Shown: positions 30,120 to 37,612 of the stretch, in pieces
Layout of the letters: the number at the start of each line of letters is the position of its first letter
Numbering within the stretch: the first letter of the stretch is position 1
Assembly (NCBI GenBank): GCA_028819495.1
Contig: JAPPLI010000100.1
Span: 4,190-68,189, forward strand
Direction: 5' to 3'
Source: Gammaproteobacteria bacterium
Lineage (GTDB): Bacteria > Pseudomonadota > Gammaproteobacteria > Eutrophobiales > Eutrophobiaceae
DNA length: 64,000 nt
The notes under the pieces: model-generated
Database searches by the model: none
Told to the model about the DNA's origin: nothing
Seen by the model: only the letters and a program-made list of their open reading frames with translations
Program-made: the position numbers and the translations under genes

Positions 30120-30183
30120 TTAATTTCAAAGTTTGTCATTACAGCGTATTGACAATTTAGCGGGCGCCTGGCATGATGCAGCC

Positions 30184-30675
30184 ATGCCAAAGACCAGCCA
30201 GCTTCAAATCCGAATTGATACCGACCAGAAGGAACGTATCCGACAACGCGCGCAGAATGCGGGAATGGATGTATCGAAATGGGTGTTGAGCCAGCTCCTG
30301 CCTCCTGCCGGGGAACGTTTTCAAACGCTTTGCAAAGAACTCGCAGAAAAGCCTTCGCTACGAGCCTACACTCTTGCGGAGTTACATGATTTCTTCAAGC
30401 GCCTTGAACCACAGGAATTTTCCAGGGCGCTGCAATATCCCCCTGCTGCTCAACTCGCCCCCTTTGAAGCAAACTACCTGGCGGCGATGATTGAGTATGC
30501 CGCTGCCGCAAGAAATGTGCCCGTCCCCCAGTGGGTGATAAATATAGAACGGCTTGAGACACCCTGGTTTGCTTCATCCCTGCAAGGCCTGCGGTTGTAC
30601 CTGCTGACACATTCCCCGCCTGCTTTCCGCCGGCGCAACCTGTTTATCGACAGCAGTGTCGGGGAGCGGATTTAA
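30184..30675 (+). CDS. RHH-like DNA-binding protein, putative antitoxin
   Basis: LQIRIDTDQKERI...AGMDVSKWV N-terminus; stop overlaps the NTase start (TAATG). Confidence 0.6.
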   Translation: MPKTSQLQIRIDTDQKERIRQRAQNAGMDVSKWVLSQLLPPAGERFQTLCKELAEKPSLRAYTLAELHDFFKRLEPQEFSRALQYPPAAQLAPFEANYLAAMIEYAAAARNVPVPQWVINIERLETPWFASSLQGLRLYLLTHSPPAFRRRNLFIDSSVGERI

Positions 30676-31205
30676 TGGCTTTTCAGAAGGAGGAGATTCG
30701 CCGTTTACTGGAGCGCCTCAATGATGAACTGGCCGATGCCGGTATTACCGGAGAGTTGTACCTGGTGGGTGGCGCCGTTATGTGCCTGGCATTTAATGCG
30801 CGTCCATCAACCAGGGACCTTGATGGCTTTTTCAAACCGGCGCGTGCCGTCCGTTCGGCAGCAAAACGTATCGCTGCAACCCTGGGCCTGGATGAAAACT
30901 GGCTTAACGATGCCGTGAAAGGATACCTGGGCAATCAGGGCGACTTTCAGGAATACCTCGATCTTTCAAATCTACGGGTGATGATTGCAGGCCCCGAATA
31001 CCTGCTGGCCATGAAATGCCTGGCCCTGCGTCTTGGTGAAGAATTCCACGATGAGGCCGACGTGCGTTTCCTGCTCCGCTACCTGAATATTACAAATTAC
31101 CGGAAAGCACTGGATATCATCTGCCAATATTACCCGTTGGAGCGATTCCCGCAAAAGACGCTGTACGCGTTGGAAGAAATGGTAGATGATCTGGTTCCGG
31201 ATTAG
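30675..31205 (+). CDS. DUF6036-like nucleotidyltransferase, putative toxin
   Basis: LVGGAVM...RPSTRDLD motif, WLND, YLLAMK...R. Confidence 0.78.
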   Translation: MAFQKEEIRRLLERLNDELADAGITGELYLVGGAVMCLAFNARPSTRDLDGFFKPARAVRSAAKRIAATLGLDENWLNDAVKGYLGNQGDFQEYLDLSNLRVMIAGPEYLLAMKCLALRLGEEFHDEADVRFLLRYLNITNYRKALDIICQYYPLERFPQKTLYALEEMVDDLVPD

Positions 31206-31267
31206 CGGGCTGCCCGGGGTTCCTGAAGAATTTTTTACCTCAAATCAAAACCGGAGGTTAACTGAAG

Positions 31268-31750
31268 ATGCATACCGACAAACAATACACCGACCGGTTC
31301 GCCCGGGAAGTCATCGACCTGCACATCTTTTTTGAAGACTGGTTCGGCGGCTACTGCGAGAACAGCGAGCAGGTTTTTGCGGAACGCCTGCTGGACCGGA
31401 TGCACGGGGATTTCAACATTATCCTGCCCGGAGGCATGATGATTTACGGCGCCCATTTCTGGCCGGAGTTCAGGAAACTGTACGGCAGCAACCCGGATTT
31501 TCATATAAGCATCCGCGCCGTCCAACAGCAGCCGCTGCCTGGTGAATCGGTATATCTGGTGAACTACCAGGAATGGCAGAGGAATGCCTTGCAATCCACG
31601 CCTCAGAACAACGGGCGGCTGTCATCGGCCGTCTTTGTTGAAGACAAGGATGCGCCCAACGGTATCAAGTGGTTTCACGTACATGAGACTTGGCTGCCGG
31701 ATGGTGTTATGTCGGCAGAGCCGTATGACTGGGAGCATGATACAAAGTAA
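31268..31750 (+). CDS. DUF4440/NTF2-like protein
   Basis: EVIDLHIFFEDWF, YQEWQ, RLSSAVF, WFHVHETW. Confidence 0.72.
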   Translation: MHTDKQYTDRFAREVIDLHIFFEDWFGGYCENSEQVFAERLLDRMHGDFNIILPGGMMIYGAHFWPEFRKLYGSNPDFHISIRAVQQQPLPGESVYLVNYQEWQRNALQSTPQNNGRLSSAVFVEDKDAPNGIKWFHVHETWLPDGVMSAEPYDWEHDTK

Positions 31751-31751
31751 A

Positions 31752-31779
31752 TCGGGGACAGGTTAAAACCTGCCCCCGA
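31752..31779. repeat. REP-like hairpin or possible terminator
   Basis: TCGGGGACAGGTT-AA-AACCTGCCCCCGA directly after the stop codon. Confidence 0.55.
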
Positions 31780-31828
31780 CCATATTCTTCCGACTGAAAT
31801 CTGTCCACTTCAGCACGACATTGTCAAT

Positions 31829-32050
31829 TCAGGCGCGTAGTAGTTTTCCAACCGGGTCCGCTTTTGCAGTTTCTGAAATTGCCTCTTGAGCCCAAGGAGC
31901 GAATTCTTGGTAGGGAGGCAAAATAATCCATCCGTAATCATCGTCGCCAACCGCAGTAAATTGCCCGGCTGCGACACACAGCGCCGTCAATGCACAAACA
32001 AGGGCCGCCCTGTCATCATGATTCGTTATTTCACAAGGATTTATTTTCCA
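31829..32050 (-). pseudogene. 5'-truncated DUF429-like gene remnant
   Basis: Manual translation EITNHDDRAALVCALTAL...FTAVGDDDYGWIILPP...stop; no start codon, in-frame TAG just upstream. Confidence 0.6.
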
Positions 32051-32295
32051 CCTGTGCTACGGGTTTTGCCGGAGCAGCGGCGTAAACTATTTATATCGGC
32101 GCCCGTTCGACGTGCACTGACAATTTCAGGCAAGACCTCGGGTTGTTCCACCCAAAGGGAATACTCATGCAAAGTCAGGCCAAGGAAATCGTGGATGGTT
32201 TTGTCGCTATCACACTCGTGCCAGCGCGCTACATAGGCATCTATATCGCTAAATCGAGCCGCGCCGGAAAGGCACTTTTGCATGAAATCAGACAC
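32041..32295 (-). CDS. Small protein, putative immunity/antitoxin for the ColE3-like toxin
   Basis: GTG start overlaps the toxin stop; DIDAYVARWHE...IHDFLGLTLHEYSLWV. Confidence 0.65.
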   Translation of the reverse strand: MSDFMQKCLSGAARFSDIDAYVARWHECDSDKTIHDFLGLTLHEYSLWVEQPEVLPEIVSARRTGADINSLRRCSGKTRSTGGK

Positions 32296-32521
32296 GGATT
32301 TTTCTCCCTTTGACGGCACTTTTCATTAAACGTCCCTCAAGCGGTTCGAGAACGCCCAGATGATGCCCGCGACTATTGAAAACTTCAATTTCGCCATGCA
32401 GCGAATCCCAGGTATATAGCCTTTTTCGGTCATGGGACCGCCACCTCTGCTCTCCGTAGCGAAACCCCAGATATTCTTGTTTCTCAAGGAATGACGAGAG
32501 AGATTTAGACTTCTTTGACAT
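32288..32521 (-). CDS. Stand-alone colicin E3/pyocin S6-type RNase domain
   Basis: RWRSHDRKRLYTWDSLHGEIEVFNSRGHHLG aligns by eye with the ColE3 RW...IYEWDSQHGELE...HLG motif; catalytic D/H/E conserved. Confidence 0.85.
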   Translation of the reverse strand: MSKKSKSLSSFLEKQEYLGFRYGEQRWRSHDRKRLYTWDSLHGEIEVFNSRGHHLGVLEPLEGRLMKSAVKGRKIRV

Positions 32522-32659
32522 ACATCCGTGTGAAGTAAATATCCTACATCGTGGTCAAGCAATGTATGCATTCACGCGATAAGCGGATAAACCGGTTAAG
32601 TTTAAATCTGTCATACGTCATAGTATCGACAAAAAGCAAGCGTTGCCCTGTTAATAACG

Positions 32660-34915
32660 CTAAAAGCTGTACCTGGCCTCCGCGCCCCAGATTCTCGGTT
32701 GGTTGACGTAGCCAAGCAGGTTGGCGAAGTCGATGCCGCCGATGGGGTTGTGCTCGTTGGTGATGTTACGGGCGAACATGCCGATCTCGAAGTTCCTGAC
32801 CGTATCCCGGTAACCCAACCTCAGTCCCCCTTCGAACTGCGTCCCGAAGGTGAATTCAACGCTCTCATAGAGGAAATCACTGGTCTTGCCTTTCAGCTTC
32901 CAATCGGTGAACAGGTACAGTTCATTGCCGTTCGCCAGGGGATGGGTGTAGTCCAGTTGCAGGTTCGCGGTCCACTTCGGCGCATGCTGGAACGGGTTGC
33001 CGTCGATGATTGCCCTGCCGTTTTCATCCAGCGGGTCACGGCTGGTTGCCAGGGGGCCTGGCGGCAAGGTCAGTTCCTTATCATTGAGTTCCGTCTTGTT
33101 ATAACCGTAACCGCCTGAAAGGATCAGGTTGTCGGTCAGCGCGATATCAACGTCGAACTCAACACCGTAGCCGACACCCTCATCCGCATTCAGCAGGGTC
33201 GTCGTATTGGCGTCGCCGCCTACCGCGACCAGTTGCATGTCGTCAACCTCGTAGTAGAAGCCCGCCACGTTCAGCCTTACCTTGTCGAACAGCGCCTTGT
33301 AGCCGATTTCATAGGACGTGATGGTCTCCGAGTCCGCGATGGTCGCTACGGGGTCATCTTCCAGGCGGTCCTGTATGGTGGGCGCCCGGAAACCGGTTGC
33401 CACCCGGGCATAGACCTGTGCATCGTCGCTGACTGCAAACGCGAGCGACACGTCCCAACTGAGTTCATCATCCCCCAGGCTGATTGGATCAAGCACCCCC
33501 TCGACGGCGGGCCTTTCATGCTGGGCATCTTTCTCATCGTCTGTGTAACGCACCCCTGCGGTCAGCGTCAACTGGTCGGATACGTTATAGGAACCCTGTC
33601 CGAAGACGGCCCAGGTCGTGTTCTCGATTTCGGAAATCGACCCTACGACAAATGCCGGCGCGCCGGCGCTCATATTCTGGGAAACACTTAAGAGATCATC
33701 CTCAAAGTAGAATGCGCCCACCTGGTAATTGAACGGGCCGTCCAGGTTGCTGGCGATGCGTATTTCCTGGGTAATCTGTTCTACCTCCTGATCACCGCCG
33801 GTATCCACGTTAACAACGAAAGGCGAATTGAACGGGCTGAAAGGCGTGCTGGGCGGACCGAACGGACCATGCGGACCCGGCGCCAGACCTCCACAGGTAA
33901 ACAGACAGCCGTATCCGCCATCAATGTCCCCGCGTGCAAACCGGTCATAGATGTCCTGATAGGACGTGATCGAGGTAATCGTGTGGTCGCCGACGTCCCA
34001 GTCCAGTTTCAGGGTCACGCCGAAACTCTTTATTTTCGCCGGGTTATTGTTGCCGCCGTCGAAATAGACGGTATTACGGTCGTAATTATCGTTAAGCTTG
34101 TTGCTGCCCTTGTCGAAAATATTGGCGCGGAACAGCGAGGCGGAATTGCCGCCCTGGTCCTGGTGCTGGTACAGGAGCAGGGCACTGAAATCATCAGAGG
34201 GGGTCCACAACAACTGCACGCGGCCGGCAAAGATATCGAACCCGCCCATGGCATCGTTTTCACCGGTGTAGGCGTTATTGACCCAGTCCGAGCGATGCTG
34301 CGTAATGAACGAGACCCGGCCCATCAAGGTGTTCTCTACCAGGGTGCCGCCGACGGCTCCCTCCACGTTTATCGTCCCCAGGTTGCCGCCGGAAGCCTTG
34401 ATATAGCCTTCCGTTTCCTCGGTGGGGCGGCGCGAATCGAACTTGAGGATACCCGCCGTGGTGTTGCGCCCGAACAGGGTGCCCTGGGGGCCGCGAATTA
34501 CCTCTATATCGTCGAGATCGAAGATGGGAAATGATTTGAGAGACGCTTTCTCCATCGGCACTTCGTCAAACACGATGGATACCGGTTGCGATGCGGCCGC
34601 GGTAAAGTCGGCATTGCCCAGGCCACGCATGTAGAAACGCGGGGATAACCGCCCGTTGGAACTCTCCACGTGCAGTCCCGGCACCGTGCTGGCCAGTTCC
34701 AGCACATCCCCTCCCCCCGCGAACTTGGATTCAAGCCACTGACCGGACATCCTGGTGATCGAGATCGGCACGTCCTGGATGTTCTGCTCGCGTTTCTGCG
34801 CGGTAACCACGATCTCCTCCAATACGGTCTGGGCTTGAGACGGTATTGCGAGGGCACACAGCAGGGTGAAAAAACCAAAAATAGAAGAAATTCTTATACT
34901 TGTCGAATCGCCCAT
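32660..34915 (-). CDS. TonB-dependent receptor
   Basis: LEEIVVTAQKREQ, RGPQGTLFGRNTTAG, terminal YSF. Confidence 0.93.
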   Translation of the reverse strand: MGDSTSIRISSIFGFFTLLCALAIPSQAQTVLEEIVVTAQKREQNIQDVPISITRMSGQWLESKFAGGGDVLELASTVPGLHVESSNGRLSPRFYMRGLGNADFTAAASQPVSIVFDEVPMEKASLKSFPIFDLDDIEVIRGPQGTLFGRNTTAGILKFDSRRPTEETEGYIKASGGNLGTINVEGAVGGTLVENTLMGRVSFITQHRSDWVNNAYTGENDAMGGFDIFAGRVQLLWTPSDDFSALLLYQHQDQGGNSASLFRANIFDKGSNKLNDNYDRNTVYFDGGNNNPAKIKSFGVTLKLDWDVGDHTITSITSYQDIYDRFARGDIDGGYGCLFTCGGLAPGPHGPFGPPSTPFSPFNSPFVVNVDTGGDQEVEQITQEIRIASNLDGPFNYQVGAFYFEDDLLSVSQNMSAGAPAFVVGSISEIENTTWAVFGQGSYNVSDQLTLTAGVRYTDDEKDAQHERPAVEGVLDPISLGDDELSWDVSLAFAVSDDAQVYARVATGFRAPTIQDRLEDDPVATIADSETITSYEIGYKALFDKVRLNVAGFYYEVDDMQLVAVGGDANTTTLLNADEGVGYGVEFDVDIALTDNLILSGGYGYNKTELNDKELTLPPGPLATSRDPLDENGRAIIDGNPFQHAPKWTANLQLDYTHPLANGNELYLFTDWKLKGKTSDFLYESVEFTFGTQFEGGLRLGYRDTVRNFEIGMFARNITNEHNPIGGIDFANLLGYVNQPRIWGAEARYSF

Positions 34916-35021
34916 TATTGTTCTCCTGGCAGGGTAATGATGTCTTGATATTATCGCCGTGATTTTACACCACTATTTGCCCGTTGTGAACGTGAAATTA
35001 TCGGGATCAGGAACAATTGAT

Positions 35022-35135
35022 GGGGTCGGAGTAAAATTTCTGACGAAATTCTTACTCCGACCCCGAGAATCCCGGGAATCTCGCCAGACGCCAGGGGTCA
35101 GAGTAAGAAATTCGCAGAATTTTTACTCTGACCCC
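35022..35135. repeat. Pair of family A palindromes (43 bp + 42 bp)
   Basis: 35022-35064 and 35094-35135. Confidence 0.92.
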
Positions 35136-35145
35136 ACATATCCGG

Positions 35146-36180
35146 TTATTCGCCGAGCAGGATATCGACCAGTTGATCCTCAAACGCACGGAGGTCCCGC
35201 CACCCCGTCGCGCAATGCACAATCCTGCCGTCACGTTCATCAACCACGGTATAACCGTCATCCGTGACCCTGACCGGCAAATCCTCCATGACCAGGAGAG
35301 CCTGTGAGTGCGCCGCATAAACGGCGACGGTATCAAACAGGACTGTGCTCATTATTGCCGGATCGGTCCCCGGTTTTATGAACGGCGCCAGGGGCAACCA
35401 GGTCTTGTAATTCTCCACCAGCGCCCTGATCCAGGGGTCTTCACTCCGGTATATTCTCTGGTAGTTTCCGCCTGTGACCTCCACGAAGCCGCATACATCC
35501 AGCGGCATTATCGTGCAGTCCCAGGGCGCGGCAAATACCTGTTGCAAGGCTTTAGGACCGGATATGACATTCCATTCCGCCGAGGGTGTCGCGCTGCCGC
35601 CATAACCCACGTACAGGGAACCGTGCATACCGATAAACCGCGCATTTCCGGCAATCGACGGGTCCCGCCTCAGCGCTTCGGCAATATTCGGCACCGGACC
35701 GATACAGATCAGCGTGACGGGTTCCGGGGATTGTTTTATCGTATCGATCAATGCCTGAACGCCATCGCGCCGGACTGCCCCCGGGTAGTTTTCCAGCCGG
35801 TAATCACCTATCCAGCCACTCTGTCTTCCCGGTTGATCTTCCCGGCCCAGGCCCACGCCGATTGGAATATCGGTGCGTCCGGTAAGTTCGAGCAGTTTGG
35901 CGAACAAACGGCAACGGTAGATTGCATTGCCGAAATCACTGACCACCAGTTTCACGTCGAACTGCGGCATGCGCAGCAGCATCAATAATGCCCAGGTATC
36001 GTCGATGTCATCGCCGATGTCGGAATCGAGTATGACGGGGATCCGGGGTGTCTCGGAGCCGGATAATGACTCGGCGTTATTGGCTGCCGGGGCGGACAGA
36101 GGCGGCATGCCTGCCCAGAGGGTGGACAGTAACGCCAGGGAATTTTGAAGAAATGACCGCTTTGTCAGTTTCCGGGACAT
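35146..36180 (-). CDS. Nucleoside hydrolase (IU-NH family), probably Tat-exported
   Basis: DSDIGDDIDD metal motif, IGPVPNIA, AEWN, LFD; TKRSFL signal. Confidence 0.85.
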   Translation of the reverse strand: MSRKLTKRSFLQNSLALLSTLWAGMPPLSAPAANNAESLSGSETPRIPVILDSDIGDDIDDTWALLMLLRMPQFDVKLVVSDFGNAIYRCRLFAKLLELTGRTDIPIGVGLGREDQPGRQSGWIGDYRLENYPGAVRRDGVQALIDTIKQSPEPVTLICIGPVPNIAEALRRDPSIAGNARFIGMHGSLYVGYGGSATPSAEWNVISGPKALQQVFAAPWDCTIMPLDVCGFVEVTGGNYQRIYRSEDPWIRALVENYKTWLPLAPFIKPGTDPAIMSTVLFDTVAVYAAHSQALLVMEDLPVRVTDDGYTVVDERDGRIVHCATGWRDLRAFEDQLVDILLGE

Positions 36181-36211
36181 GTTATTAAATTCTGGATACC
36201 TGGGGATGCTT

Positions 36212-36253
36212 GGGGTCAGAGTAAAAATTCTTCGAATTTCTTACTCTGACCCC
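36212..36253. repeat. Family A palindrome (42 bp)
   Basis: GGGGTCAGAGTAAAAATTCTTCGAATTTCTTACTCTGACCCC. Confidence 0.95.
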
Positions 36254-36273
36254 TGAAATAAGTCCTGAATTGC

Positions 36274-36825
36274 TCATGCCCGCAGCACGCGACCGGTAAC
36301 GGCATCCCTGATCACGCTGGGTCTTGGATCTCCGCCGACGTTGCCGGGGACGTAACAGTCCACGTCCTGTCCAAAATAAGCCCTGACGCGCCGCCGGGTC
36401 CGGGCCGGACGGCAACCGGACGGGTTGGCGCTGGTTGAGACAAGGGCGCCGGCTGCGTCACACAATTGTTGAACGACGGGATGCGCCGACACCCGCACGG
36501 CCAGGGTATTATGCTGCCCCGTGAGCCAGTGCGGCGTAACGCGCCGCGCCGGCGCCAGCCAGGTGACCGGGCCGGGCCATGAACCGGTTATCTCCTCCAA
36601 CGCCGGAACACGGGAAAAATCCACCAGTTCCGATAACTGGTCGATGTTTGAGGCGGCAATGATCAGGCCCTTGCCGGCGGGTCGGCGCTTTAGCCGCAGA
36701 ATTTCAGCTACCGCATCTTCATCCCAGGGGTCGCAACCCAGGCCCATCACCGCCTCGGTGGGATAGGCGATGACGCCGCCATCTTGCAGGACGCCCAGCG
36801 CATTATGAATATGCCAGCTTTTCAA
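36274..36825 (-). CDS. tsaC: L-threonylcarbamoyladenylate synthase
   Basis: GGVIAYPTEAVMGLGCDP, KRRPAGKGLI, WPGPVT, STSAN. Confidence 0.93.
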   Translation of the reverse strand: MKSWHIHNALGVLQDGGVIAYPTEAVMGLGCDPWDEDAVAEILRLKRRPAGKGLIIAASNIDQLSELVDFSRVPALEEITGSWPGPVTWLAPARRVTPHWLTGQHNTLAVRVSAHPVVQQLCDAAGALVSTSANPSGCRPARTRRRVRAYFGQDVDCYVPGNVGGDPRPSVIRDAVTGRVLRA

Positions 36826-36848
36826 TATGGCTTAACAGGAAGATACCT

Positions 36849-36952
36849 GGGGTCAGAGTAAAAATTCTCCGAATTTCTTACTCCGACCCCTCCGGCCAAG
36901 GAGATAGATGGGGTCAGAGTAAGAATTTCGTCAGAAATTTTACTCTGACCCC
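36849..36952. repeat. Composite of two family A palindromes with a 19-bp linker
   Basis: 36849-36890, linker TCCGGCCAAGGAGATAGAT, 36910-36952. Confidence 0.93.
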
Positions 36953-36958
36953 TGGATT

Positions 36959-37465
36959 TCACAACTGCTCCTGCAGCGCCGCGTCCTTTGCCTGGACCGT
37001 GCGGGTCATCTGCTCGCGTTCTGCGCTAATGGCAGTGGCCAAGTCCGCGTCCTGCAGGGCTAGGATCTGCGCGGCCAGGTAGGCGGCGTTTTTTGCGCCG
37101 GCCTTGCCGATCGCTACGGTGCCCACGGGGATGCCTCCCGGCATCTGGACGGTCGCCAGCAACGCATCCATGCCGCTCAACGGGCCGGCATCCAGGGGCA
37201 CGCCGATGACCGGCCTGGTGGTGGTTGCGGCCACCGCGCCGGCGAGGTGCGCGGCCAGGCCGGCGGCGGCGATAAATACCGCGCAACCCCGCGCCTCCGC
37301 GTCCTTGATGTAAGCCTTGGTTGCCTCGGGGGTGCGGTGCGCGGAGGTGATCTTCACTTCCCTGGCAATGGAAAAGCTGTCCAGTACTTCAACTGTGGAA
37401 CGCATTACGGGCAGGTCGGAATCGGAGCCCATTAAAATTGCAACGAACGGTTTGTTTTCGGTCAT
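36959..37465 (-). CDS. purE: N5-CAIR mutase
   Basis: [35 protein letters not shown]. Confidence 0.95.
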   Translation of the reverse strand: MTENKPFVAILMGSDSDLPVMRSTVEVLDSFSIAREVKITSAHRTPEATKAYIKDAEARGCAVFIAAAGLAAHLAGAVAATTTRPVIGVPLDAGPLSGMDALLATVQMPGGIPVGTVAIGKAGAKNAAYLAAQILALQDADLATAISAEREQMTRTVQAKDAALQEQL

Positions 37466-37490
37466 TGTTATCTCTCATATTACGATTTAT

Positions 37491-37594
37491 GGGGTCAGAG
37501 TAAAAATTCTTCGAATTTCTTACTCTGACCCCTCCAGCCGGGGAGATAGACGGGGTCAGAGTAAGAATTTCGTCAGAAATTTTACTCTGACCCC
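37491..37594. repeat. Composite of two family A palindromes with a 19-bp linker
   Basis: 37491-37532, linker TCCAGCCGGGGAGATAGAC, 37552-37594. Confidence 0.93.
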
Positions 37595-37612
37595 TGGATT
37601 TACCCCTGAATT

